The position numbers and the translations under genes were made by a program. Positions 10,392-19,291 of a DNA stretch of 64,000 bases are shown here, one piece after another. Source of the DNA: an uncultured Oleiphilus sp. (GTDB lineage: Bacteria > Pseudomonadota > Gammaproteobacteria > Pseudomonadales > Halomonadaceae); NCBI GenBank assembly GCA_964342385.1, contig CAYFGP010000003.1, positions 69,244 to 133,243 of the forward strand. Reading direction: 5' to 3'. The notes under the pieces are model-generated. The model was given only the letters and a program-made list of their open reading frames with translations. It searched no databases and was not told the DNA's origin. Position 1 is the stretch's first letter, and the number at the start of each line of letters is the position of its first letter.

Positions 10392-10601
10392 TTAATATTT
10401 CTTGATCTTGTAGGAGCTTAATCCTTTCGGCGCTAACCCTCAAGCTATGCTGTTATGCCTGACCTCAGTTTATCGCAGATGGAATCCGCTTCTACAGTTA
10501 ATCGTGTCAATTTTTTTATATGAATTTCTGGTCTAGTCCAGTTTGTTTTTAGCTTAGGGTAGACCGAAAATTTTAGAACATTGAAATATCATGGAATCCT
10601 T

Positions 10602-11252
10602 ATGGCTTTAGTAATTTATGACATGGATGAAACCTTGTTGAACGCAGATGCTTCAACATTGTGGATCGAATACCTGGTCGAGCAGGGCATGGCCGATGCT
10701 CAGGAAATGTTTGCTCAGGAACAGCGCTTAATGGAGCAATACCGCCAGGGCAATCTGGATGTGCATGATTATGTTTCGATGCAGTTGAAACCTAATGTCG
10801 GTATGACTCTGGGAGAACTTCAGCCGCATATCGAGCGTTATATCGATCAGAAGATTCGCCCCGTGATTCGTGATGACGCGCGCAGCAATATTGCTGATCA
10901 TCAGGCCAAGGGTGATCGTTGTCTGGTGATCTCTGCTTCTACGACTTTTTTGGTCGCGCCAATTGCCAAAGAGGTGGGAATTGATGATGCCATTGGTATC
11001 GATATCCATCTGGACGATGAACGTATTGTCGGTACGGTAAAAGGTGTGCCTAGCTATCGTGAAGGCAAGGTGACCCGTTTGCAGCATTGGCTGCAGCAGG
11101 AATCTGAGCAGATGTCTGGTTCCTGGTTTTACACCGATTCGCACAATGATTTACCTTTATTGGAACAGGTATGTAATCCGGTTGCGGTCAATGCGGATGA
11201 CAAACTGGTTCGTCTGGCTCAGGAGAAGGGCTGGCAGCAGGTGATTTGGTAA
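10602..11252 (+). CDS. HAD-IB family phosphatase (SerB/histidinol-phosphatase-like)
   Basis: YDMDETL (DxDxT) motif I, ISAS motif II, GKV, YTDSHNDLPLL motif IV. ATG at 10602 preferred over the upstream TTG. Confidence 0.88.
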   Translation: MALVIYDMDETLLNADASTLWIEYLVEQGMADAQEMFAQEQRLMEQYRQGNLDVHDYVSMQLKPNVGMTLGELQPHIERYIDQKIRPVIRDDARSNIADHQAKGDRCLVISASTTFLVAPIAKEVGIDDAIGIDIHLDDERIVGTVKGVPSYREGKVTRLQHWLQQESEQMSGSWFYTDSHNDLPLLEQVCNPVAVNADDKLVRLAQEKGWQQVIW

Positions 11253-11293
11253 TTTGATAGTTGGTAGTTTGATCGTCTGTAGTTTGATAGCTT
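11249..11293. repeat. Degenerate 15-bp tandem repeat, three copies
   Basis: GTAATTTGATAGTTG / GTAGTTTGATCGTCT / GTAGTTTGATAGCTT, starting at the HAD stop codon. Confidence 0.6.
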
Positions 11294-11412
11294 GGTGATT
11301 CGTTAGCGTGCTCTGGTCAAAGGTTGATAAAGGGGATTGATCTGTTACATATCGGGCCCTCGTGTGTCAAATAAACCAACCTTCCGAAAGGAAGGTTGGG
11401 CTAATCCAAAAT

Positions 11413-11450
11413 AGTCAAAAGGGAAGCTTTTATGCTTCCCTTTTGACTTT
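11413..11450. terminator. Strong intrinsic terminator (15-bp perfect stem)
   Basis: AGTCAAAAGGGAAGC-ttttat-GCTTCCCTTTTGACT. A second perfect hairpin, CCAACCTTCC-GAAA-GGAAGGTTGG, precedes it at 11376-11399. Confidence 0.65.
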
Positions 11451-11613
11451 GGTCAATACTCTGGGATGCGAAAATAATTGACTGAGCTATAAGTTAATTA
11501 AAATCAATAAAGTAGAGCGATAACTCCTTGCTTTATATGATGTTTTTATGTATTTGTCATATTTCTTTATTAGTCTTCCTGCTAGTAGGTTTGAGCAGTT
11601 ATAGGAGTCGCCC

Positions 11614-13656
11614 ATGTCGGCTGTGGCAAGTAAAAAGATTCTGACCCCGGAAGCAGGTGAAACCATGGTCTCTATGACCGACCTGCAAGGTAAAATTACC
11701 TATGTGAATCGCGTCTTTATGCGCGTCTCTGGCTATTTCGAAAGCCAGCTGATTGGCAATAACCACAATGTGGTGCGCCATGAGGATATGCCCAGCTGTC
11801 TCTGGAACCGGGTGTGGGAACGGATTCAGAAAAATGATGAAGCCTTTGTGCTGGTTAAGAACCGCTCCGCGACCGGTGAAACCGTCTGGCTGTTTTCCGC
11901 TCTCTATCCAAATATTGATCCTGCGGGTAATAAGGTGGGTTACTACGCCGTTCATTACCCTGCCCCACAGGATATGGTGCAGCTGATTGAGCCGATCTAT
12001 GCCAAAGTGCTCAGTGCTGAAAAGAAAAGCTATGAAGCAGGTCTGGAATGTCTGGAAGGTTTGTTAAAGCAGGCCGGTCATAGTAGTTATAGTGACTATC
12101 TGTTGGAAGCACACTTTAAGGCCCAGCCTTCTGCTGACAGCAGTCGTAAGAATTATGAATCCACCTACTCTAAGCAGACCTCGCAGGAAAGCTCCTTCTG
12201 GCCCTTTATCCGCTCTCAGATCAAGGTAGCGCAGGCTGCTCATATGACGCTGTCTACGCTGGTGGCCGCGTTGGGTTACTTTGTTTACGACATGCCGGTT
12301 TGGATCTTGATCTATCCCTTGTTAGTACTGGCCATTGTGATCTTCCAGCATCAGCTCACTCAGAAATCTTTTAATGTGCTGCACCGTATTCACCGTACGG
12401 TCAAACGTTCCAAAATGGGGGCGTTGCACCATCGGGTGAATGATGTTGCTGGCCTAGGTGAAGTGGGGCAGGTTGCTTGGGAAGTGAACGAATTACTGGA
12501 TCAGATGCAGAGTTTCTATATTGAAGCTGACAGCGCCTTTCAGGATGTAATCGAAGGTAAAAAACACCGTTATGCCATCACCACGGGTGTATCGGGTCTG
12601 CCGCAAAACTCTCTGCAGCAGTTAAATAAAGGTCTGGATGCGATTCGGGAAGTGAATCATATGAGCTCAAAAAATGAGCTGATGTCGCAATTGAATCAGA
12701 TCAATGTTAATCGTCTGGTACCCAATCTAAGCACCATTCAAACGGATCTGTCCGGTGTGATTGAAGAGATCAAAGTGGCATTGGATACCTCGGAAGAGAA
12801 CCGTTCTGATGTGGAAGCCAGTGAAGCCGTTATCGATAATATGCTGGGACAACTGAGCAATATCACCTCTGTGCTAGGAGATATTCAGGAGTTGGTTGAA
12901 CAGCTGGATAATGATGGTAACCAAGTGGTGCAGGCGCTCGCCTTAATCTCAGATATCTCCGAGCAGACTAATCTGTTGGCACTGAATGCCTCTATTGAAG
13001 CGGCACGGGCCGGTGAACATGGCCGGGGGTTTGCCGTAGTGGCGGATGAAGTGCGTACTCTGGCGGGACGTTCGAAAGAAGCGGCAGACAATATCAGTCG
13101 TATTATTGAAACCTTCTCTCAACGTTCGGTGCAGATGCGTGATGCTTCCGAGCGAGCTGGTAGAGAAGCCACGGCGTTAAATCGTGATATTGACGGTTTC
13201 CACCAAACCTTTAATAAACTTGCGACTTCGGCCAGGGATACACATAAACGTTTGGATCATGCCAGTGATAAGAACTTTACCGTATTGGCAAAAGTGGATC
13301 ATATCGTTTACAAACAGCGTACTTATCTCAGTATTCAGGATCTTGAAGAGCATCAGGTGGAAGTTCAGGCGGTGAGTGTGGATCACCATAATTGCCGTCT
13401 GGGTAAGTGGTACGATGAAGGCATTGGCTATGAGCAGTTTAACCATTTGCAAAGCTATAAGCAGTTGGAGCGCCCTCATGGTGAAGTGCACCAGAATGCT
13501 CACTTTGCAGTCGATCTGGCCGGTCAGGATTGGCTACATAATGCAGATCTACGTGCTGAGATTTTGGCAGCGGTAGAAAGAACCGAGCAAGCCAGTGATC
13601 AGGTGATGGATTTGCTGGATAAGATGGTGGATGAAAAGCACTTGAGGAAAAGTTAA
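11614..13656 (+). CDS. Methyl-accepting chemotaxis protein with Aer-like PAS domain and C-terminal CZB zinc-binding domain
   Basis: PAS: [14 protein letters not shown]...[10 protein letters not shown]; hydrophobic hairpin; MCP core [31 protein letters not shown]; CZB: [11 protein letters not shown]...HGEVH. Confidence 0.9.
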   Translation: MSAVASKKILTPEAGETMVSMTDLQGKITYVNRVFMRVSGYFESQLIGNNHNVVRHEDMPSCLWNRVWERIQKNDEAFVLVKNRSATGETVWLFSALYPNIDPAGNKVGYYAVHYPAPQDMVQLIEPIYAKVLSAEKKSYEAGLECLEGLLKQAGHSSYSDYLLEAHFKAQPSADSSRKNYESTYSKQTSQESSFWPFIRSQIKVAQAAHMTLSTLVAALGYFVYDMPVWILIYPLLVLAIVIFQHQLTQKSFNVLHRIHRTVKRSKMGALHHRVNDVAGLGEVGQVAWEVNELLDQMQSFYIEADSAFQDVIEGKKHRYAITTGVSGLPQNSLQQLNKGLDAIREVNHMSSKNELMSQLNQINVNRLVPNLSTIQTDLSGVIEEIKVALDTSEENRSDVEASEAVIDNMLGQLSNITSVLGDIQELVEQLDNDGNQVVQALALISDISEQTNLLALNASIEAARAGEHGRGFAVVADEVRTLAGRSKEAADNISRIIETFSQRSVQMRDASERAGREATALNRDIDGFHQTFNKLATSARDTHKRLDHASDKNFTVLAKVDHIVYKQRTYLSIQDLEEHQVEVQAVSVDHHNCRLGKWYDEGIGYEQFNHLQSYKQLERPHGEVHQNAHFAVDLAGQDWLHNADLRAEILAAVERTEQASDQVMDLLDKMVDEKHLRKS

Positions 13657-13694
13657 AGCAGGTTAAATCCCAAGTTCAGGGGCTTTTATAGATA

Positions 13695-13731
13695 GACGCG
13701 CCTCGGTTATCTCAGGTAGCTGGGGCGTGTT
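13695..13731 (+). terminator. G-U-rich RNA hairpin downstream of the MCP gene
   Basis: GACGCGCCTCGGTTATC-tca-GGTAGCTGGGGCGTGTT forms 17 contiguous pairs, 6 of them G-U. Confidence 0.45.
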
Positions 13732-13760
13732 GCGTTGTAGGTGTTTCACTTTAGCTTCTC

Positions 13761-13818
13761 TTCAGCTGATGGTTCCATTCTCTAGCTGACGGCTCCATTC
13801 TTCTGCTGTTGGTTGAAG
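13761..13818. repeat. Degenerate 20-bp tandem repeat (about 2.5 copies)
   Basis: TTCAGCTGATGGTTCCATTC / TCTAGCTGACGGCTCCATTC / TTCTGCTGTTGGTT. Confidence 0.55.
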
Positions 13819-14023
13819 AATTTCGGAATGCGTTTGTGCCAGCGTGTTATAAATCAATATTTACTGATATAAAGGTCTTTTAGCTGTCACAATTTTTATA
13901 ATAAAGTGTAATATTGTTGATGATAGATTGGCTTGCACTTATTCACCTGAATCCAAGCGGGCCGATTATCTATCTAAGATATAAAATGGATAACTGGCTG
14001 ATAAATAAGGGAAAGGAGCTATT

Positions 14024-14488
14024 ATGTACACTTGGCAAGAGATGCTCTGGGATACAGCTGGCACAGAGGAAGAAGTGGTTGAGACGCTGTTTAATGAAAC
14101 CATCTTTCCTGATCTGAAAGCGTTGGAAGATAGTTTAAAGCAAGCGGGCTGTGAAGTGTCACCGGTACTGAAAAAGTACACGCTGGATGATCGTATGTTA
14201 ACTCGTCTGAATTGGAAGCAGGGTGGCGATGAGTATAAGGTCTGTCTGCAGCATCAAAATGAGCTGAATTTGCTACTGGAAACCGATCTGGCAGGTAAGC
14301 AGGTGGCGGGTAAACAGACCTCACATGAGTGTTGTTTCAGCTTGCGTGAATTAAGTCCTTCAGATTCTGGTGAGGGATTCCTTGATAGCTGGCGCGATGA
14401 GTTATCCCGTGTCTATCAGCAGCATCAGGATAGCCTTAAGCCCGTACATAGTGATCAGGATAAAATTGTGATTACCAAAATGGCTTAA
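14024..14488 (+). CDS. Hypothetical protein
   Basis: 154-aa ORF with AAGGAG SD, protein-like composition and a terminator downstream; no recognised motif. Confidence 0.7.
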   Translation: MYTWQEMLWDTAGTEEEVVETLFNETIFPDLKALEDSLKQAGCEVSPVLKKYTLDDRMLTRLNWKQGGDEYKVCLQHQNELNLLLETDLAGKQVAGKQTSHECCFSLRELSPSDSGEGFLDSWRDELSRVYQQHQDSLKPVHSDQDKIVITKMA

Positions 14489-14525
14489 TGCCGTTTTGGT
14501 AATAAGTTGTTCTTAATAGACAATA

Positions 14526-14559
14526 AGCAAAGGGGCCGCTGGAAAGTGGCCCCTTTGCT
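14526..14559. terminator. Bidirectional terminator
   Basis: AGCAAAGGGGCC...GGCCCCTTTGCT between convergent stops at 14488 and 14591. Confidence 0.7.
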
Positions 14560-14590
14560 GTTATAGCGGTGTTGGTTTTTCTTTCGAATG

Positions 14591-15394
14591 TCAGGCATGA
14601 CCCAGTAGGCGGAAGTTCCAGTTTTCGACAATCCCTTGCTCTAGACGTTGCTCGACTTTACTGCTCCAGCTATTGGATAGAGCTTTAAGCTCTCGAAGTT
14701 GCTCCAGTCCCTGTTGGTTGAGTGGATCACCAAAAAAGATCTCGCATACCTGCTCGATAGTCATAGCATTATCTGGGCGTTGGATTAATATCAGGCTATC
14801 TTCTGGGTTGATATAGCCGGTTTGAATCACACGATAGAGCCAACCGCAGCGGCTGATCTCTTGCATATCTACCGAGAAGTTTTCCACCTGCCAACGGCGA
14901 TTGAGCTTAAAACAGGGTGAGCGGGGTTGGCTGACCTCAATAATGGCTTCACCCCATTGATATTGATCACCGATGCAAACGTTGTTTTCCAGCATGCCTC
15001 GACTGCTGATATTTTCTCCCATACCCGGTGCACTCCAATCATGCGTTGTCGTTTCTGCAGCATCGCCATTTCCACTATCATCAGGGGTACTGGAGTTAAC
15101 CGCTTGACCATATTTATCCAACCAATAAGCGTAATGCTCAACAGGGTATTGATGTAGCGCTCGCTCAGGGCCGCCATGGTGTTTGTTATCGGCGCATTCA
15201 TCGCCAACTAACCCGGTTTCTGATAGAAAAATCCGTTCACTCACTGGCTTTTTGTCAATTGCGGTCTGGAGACCGTATTTCTCTTCCACCTGTCCAATAA
15301 AAACACCCAGCGGTTTAATGGCATCTGGAGTCTGAATGGTTTCTGTCGACGATGATTGAGCCAATGGCTGATCAGAAGTGGTTTCCGATGACAT
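14591..15394 (-). CDS. yiiM: MOSC domain protein with 3-alpha domain (YiiM-like, N-hydroxylated base detoxification)
   Basis: GLVGDE..D.KHHGGPERAL, GMGENIS, CIGDQYQWG, EVSQPRSPCFKLN, RCGWLYRV. Confidence 0.85.
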   Translation of the reverse strand: MSSETTSDQPLAQSSSTETIQTPDAIKPLGVFIGQVEEKYGLQTAIDKKPVSERIFLSETGLVGDECADNKHHGGPERALHQYPVEHYAYWLDKYGQAVNSSTPDDSGNGDAAETTTHDWSAPGMGENISSRGMLENNVCIGDQYQWGEAIIEVSQPRSPCFKLNRRWQVENFSVDMQEISRCGWLYRVIQTGYINPEDSLILIQRPDNAMTIEQVCEIFFGDPLNQQGLEQLRELKALSNSWSSKVEQRLEQGIVENWNFRLLGHA

Positions 15395-15515
15395 GATTGC
15401 TGTCCTTAATAAAGATGCTTAATGGGGGGATGATTTGGGCACTTATGAGGTCGTAGTGTTCGATCAATTTTTAGTGATAAGAGTATGGATATATTGGACC
15501 CATTCAAGGGATCAG

Positions 15516-16058
15516 TTAAACCACCTGAATCAGATTATCCTCGCCGTCAAAATCGGGCAAAATCCAGATCTGTTCAAAGGGATGTTCCGCCATATCGAAA
15601 TTTGCCAAGGTGTCCAGAATCTGTTCCCGGTTCCAGATAGGGCTGGCATTACGAATGACCAACCAAACCCGATCAGAGTCATAGTGCTTTTGAGACTTAC
15701 TATTGAGTAATCGAAATAGTGCAGTTTTTAATTGTTGGCAGGGATCTAAAGTCACCAACTCGGCCAGATAATCCCATAGACGATCATCACTGTCTTTCTC
15801 TCCATCTCTGACATGACGAGCTTCTTCTACAGTGGCGTAGAGATGGGCAATCTCCAGGTCCAGTTGTTCATCCTGGAAATAGCAGGAGATATCAGGCTTG
15901 GCCGGCTCGTTATGCCAGATATGGCGCATGGGTTCACCAAACTCCTGTTCAAAGCGACGCATAAACAGCTTGGCTGCGTCACGTTCCAACAGGCGCTTTT
16001 CATGCTCGGAGCGACTTAACAGAACCCCTTTACTGGTGTGGTTGGTATCAGAAGTCAT
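15516..16058 (-). CDS. Hypothetical protein, possible PD-(D/E)XK-like fold
   Basis: 180-aa ORF; acidic helix followed by KPDISC...LDLEIAH, resembling a PD...E-x-x arrangement (weak). Confidence 0.6.
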   Translation of the reverse strand: MTSDTNHTSKGVLLSRSEHEKRLLERDAAKLFMRRFEQEFGEPMRHIWHNEPAKPDISCYFQDEQLDLEIAHLYATVEEARHVRDGEKDSDDRLWDYLAELVTLDPCQQLKTALFRLLNSKSQKHYDSDRVWLVIRNASPIWNREQILDTLANFDMAEHPFEQIWILPDFDGEDNLIQVV

Positions 16059-16200
16059 AACCGATCACCGCTGTCTAGTGGGCGGAGTATTTTGTTACAG
16101 ATACTTTGATTCTAATGACTTTTTACTATTTAGGGCAAATAACAGAGGGAAAACAAGCAATTACTGATATGACTGAAGCTTATCCTTGAAAAATAAGAAT

Positions 16201-17241
16201 CTACCAGCAGCCGATATAGACATTACTCTGGTTGTAGCGCTCTGTGCAGGGTGGTTGCTCAGGGCCCGCGTTAGCGGCTTCTGCGTTTTGGTTGGTGTCG
16301 ATTCGATAGTTTTGAAGTGTTTGGGTATAAGCTTGGCAGGTACGTCGATCTGTTTGTCCTGTAGAGCACTTCATCATATTGATCACTTGTGAGCGTTGAG
16401 ATTCAACGTTTTGCGGAGAAGTGCCAAGAAGGGTACCTGCTATTGTGAGGTTATTAAGGGAAGAGCTACCCAGAGAACTGTTACCCAGAGAGCTATTACC
16501 CAGAGAAGAGCGGTTAAGTGCGAGCTCTCCTAGTTGAGATCCACCGGATTGTTGTGATTGAACTTCCCATTGCAATAGCTGCTGACAATCTGCCGGACCT
16601 TGAATTAACCCCTGCCAAGAGGTTTGGCTGTAACCACCCTTACATAAACGAATATACAGATCTGCTCCCAATGCTGACCAGATATCAAAATTCTGTAGCT
16701 GTTTCTTACTCATACGCTGCATATGTTGATAAATATAATCTGCCGACTGCTGAGGGTAGTTTTGCAGAAAGGTAATATACTCCTGATCCGTTAAAGGACT
16801 GTTGTCGGAGTTATTGTCGGGATTGTTGTTGGAGTGATCAGGCTGAGCTCTGTTGTTGGCTGAAGTTTTTTCCGAAGCGGATGAAACCACAGAAGGTGAG
16901 CTGTTCTTACTGTCTCGATTTTGCTGAGATTGATCGGGTGAACGCTTAAATTGGTAGTAGCCCTGCTGGTCGGCCAAAATCAGCTGATTGCCCTGGAGCT
17001 GAACTTGAAACTGTATTGGTCCGTGAGGTGTATTGATGACAAGCTGTTGGCCGTTAAACTGCCACTGTCCTGACATCGTATTGCCATTAGCCCATTGTAC
17101 GGTGACTTGTCCATCGGGAGAAAACTGAAAAGTACCACTGGAATTACTCCATCGACCTTCCAAACTGGCCAGTGCAACTGAACTCATCAGGCTTAAACCT
17201 ATTAACAGAGTCAGTACCAGCTGTTTGATCTGTGATGTCAT
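16201..17241 (-). CDS. Exported Gln/Ser/Asn-rich hypothetical protein
   Basis: Signal peptide ending SSVALA; small beta-rich N-domain (LEGRW...FQFSPDG); low-complexity linkers; LGNSS/LGNSS/LGSSS repeat; Cys-containing C-terminus. Confidence 0.7.
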   Translation of the reverse strand: MTSQIKQLVLTLLIGLSLMSSVALASLEGRWSNSSGTFQFSPDGQVTVQWANGNTMSGQWQFNGQQLVINTPHGPIQFQVQLQGNQLILADQQGYYQFKRSPDQSQQNRDSKNSSPSVVSSASEKTSANNRAQPDHSNNNPDNNSDNSPLTDQEYITFLQNYPQQSADYIYQHMQRMSKKQLQNFDIWSALGADLYIRLCKGGYSQTSWQGLIQGPADCQQLLQWEVQSQQSGGSQLGELALNRSSLGNSSLGNSSLGSSSLNNLTIAGTLLGTSPQNVESQRSQVINMMKCSTGQTDRRTCQAYTQTLQNYRIDTNQNAEAANAGPEQPPCTERYNQSNVYIGCW

Positions 17242-17383
17242 AAATCTGTCCTATCGCAATCGGCCGTCGGCAAAATAACCTTTGGGGCATGTCATTTATC
17301 TATTTGCCCTCAATGGGGGAGGATTATAAGGCATGACCTGATCGCTAATCTGGTACTGTTTCACATTCCTTTATTAGCAGATA

Positions 17384-18799
17384 TTAGTTGGTTACTACCA
17401 ATTGCCCCAGGCTTTTAATCGCTTGCTCCACTTCATCACTCCAGGGAATAGCGCAGTTCAGACGCAATGAGTTCTGGTATTGATCCCGTGCGGAGAACAT
17501 CTCTCCAGGCATAATGCCGATATTGTCATCCAGAGCGTTGTAGTGCAGCTGAAGAGTATCAATGCCTACCGGTAAAACCACCCACAAAATATAGCCTCCT
17601 TGGGGATAGCTGACACTGGTGCCTGCCGGGAAATATTTCAGTACCGCTTCGCTCATCTTCTGTACTTGTTTGGCGTAAGCGGACTGAATACGACGCAGAT
17701 GGCGATCATAGCCCCCGTTGGCTAGAAACTCCGCCACGGCCATCTGACTCAGAGTCGAGGTACCGACGCTACTAAAAGACTTTAAAAACTCGATCTGAGG
17801 TTGATAACGTCCGGCAGATACCCATCCCACGCGTAGACCCGAAGCGATCGATTTGGATACCGACGAGCAGTACAACACCTGACCGTTTTCATCATAGGCT
17901 TTGATCGCCTTGGGACGACTGCCGGAGTAGTTGAGATCACCAAACAGATCATCCTCGATCACTGGAATCTCTTTTTCTGCCAACATGGTCAGTAAGCGCT
18001 GACGATTTTCATCAGGCATGGTAAAACCCAGCGGGTTGTTATTGGTCGGTACTAAAGCGACAGCTTTGATCGGCCACTGTTCCAGCGCCAGTTGCAGCGC
18101 ATCTAGACTGATGCCTTTACGCGGATCAGTAGGAATCTCCATCGCTTGCATACCCAAGGCTTCGATGGTTTGCAGCAGCCCCACAAACGCTGGACTTTCG
18201 ATGGCGATAATATCCCCCGGTTCAGCCACTGCGCGCAGACATAAGGTAAGTGCTTCCTGGCAACCGTTGGTAATCACGATCTCACCGGCACTGACACGAC
18301 AACCGGATTCCGCCATGCGTTTGGCGATCTGTACCCTAAGCTCCAAAAGTCCCGGTGGAAATACTGACACCACCACCTCATCCATCCGTTTTCTAACCAG
18401 ACTGCCCATAATACGCTGCAGCTGTTTCACCGGTAGAAACTCGGGAGAGGGAATTGCCGTACCCAGATTGATCGTATCCGGTTGCTGACAACGTTGAAGC
18501 ACTTCCGTCGCGGACTGCTTGATGCTCACCCTGGTTGGCAGTTGCAGATTGTCCTGAATCTCACAGGCTGGCAGATCCGTTTTAATAACTTCACGCACAT
18601 AAAAGCCGGATTGCGGACGGGATTCGATCAGCTGTTGGCGTTCCAACAGTTCGTAGGCACTTTGAATTGTGGCGATACTGACCTGTTTCTGCTGGCTGAG
18701 CTTACGAATTGAGGGCAGCTTATCACCGGCCTGGAAGCTGCCTTCATCAATCTGGCGGGCCAGATCATCGGCAATCTGCTGATAAAGTGTTGAAGTCAT
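17384..18799 (-). CDS. MocR/GabR family regulator (GntR wHTH plus PLP aminotransferase-like domain)
   Basis: LYQQIADDL...GDKLPSIRKL...VSIATIQSAYELL wHTH; IEDDLFGDL; SSVSKSIASGLRVGW with the PLP lysine. Confidence 0.93.
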   Translation of the reverse strand: MTSTLYQQIADDLARQIDEGSFQAGDKLPSIRKLSQQKQVSIATIQSAYELLERQQLIESRPQSGFYVREVIKTDLPACEIQDNLQLPTRVSIKQSATEVLQRCQQPDTINLGTAIPSPEFLPVKQLQRIMGSLVRKRMDEVVVSVFPPGLLELRVQIAKRMAESGCRVSAGEIVITNGCQEALTLCLRAVAEPGDIIAIESPAFVGLLQTIEALGMQAMEIPTDPRKGISLDALQLALEQWPIKAVALVPTNNNPLGFTMPDENRQRLLTMLAEKEIPVIEDDLFGDLNYSGSRPKAIKAYDENGQVLYCSSVSKSIASGLRVGWVSAGRYQPQIEFLKSFSSVGTSTLSQMAVAEFLANGGYDRHLRRIQSAYAKQVQKMSEAVLKYFPAGTSVSYPQGGYILWVVLPVGIDTLQLHYNALDDNIGIMPGEMFSARDQYQNSLRLNCAIPWSDEVEQAIKSLGQLVVTN

Positions 18800-18872
18800 G
18801 GGGCTGATATTGGTCTTTTTATCGTTTTAAATTCGCTGTTAACCGCAATAGTTGATTGAAGGTTTAGCCACA

Positions 18873-18987
18873 ACTGTACTGCAGTGTTACAAAATTTTAG
18901 CCTATGCTAACGGATCTGTAATACTTTTGACCAGTACAGTTTCTGTTAAATTAAGCAGTACAGTAACCAATTTTTAAAACTGTACTG
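18873..18987. promoter_or_regulatory. Four copies of the 9-mer ACTGTACTG in direct and inverted arrangement; probable MocR operators
   Basis: ACTGTACTG at 18873 and 18979; its reverse complement CAGTACAGT at 18932 and 18956. All lie in the divergent mocR/ior intergenic region. Confidence 0.7.
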
Positions 18988-19291
18988 GTCCAATTAGTAA
19001 AAACTAGCTCTGCAAGCGCACAGTCATATTTCCGACAATAGCAGTCAATAATTAAAGGTAGGCCATCGCCTAGCGATGAGACCTACCCTTTGACCAAGAT
19101 GAGTATCGGAAGGTGTGCTGGCTTGATGCACCTGCCAAATCTGAAACGCTACAACGCTCTGACTATTAAGACGTAATCAAGAAGTTATTAAGAAGCTCTC
19201 TAAAGTTTTCTAAAGCTCTTCAACGTTATAGCCAGTGTTCTTATCAGGTTTAACTGCCGATGCCCATCGACAACAACGATAAGGCAGGGTC

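Noticed and set aside
11370-11410. Possible c-di-GMP-I (GEMM) riboswitch
   Set aside because: Only the GAAA-capped stem resembles it; the conserved GCAAAC and GACGCAAAGC elements are absent.
11499-11523. Possible sigma28 promoter for the chemoreceptor (TAAA...AGCGATAA)
   Set aside because: The spacer is 13 nt rather than 15 and the -10 is imperfect, so it is not supportable.
11249-13818. Short repeats considered as a possible CRISPR or mini-array
   Set aside because: The units are contiguous with no unique spacers, are degenerate and only 15-20 bp, and no cas genes are in the window.
13884-13912. Possible Pho box (CTGTCAC...GTGTAAT)
   Set aside because: The first and third units are in phase, but the middle 11-bp unit does not match the consensus.
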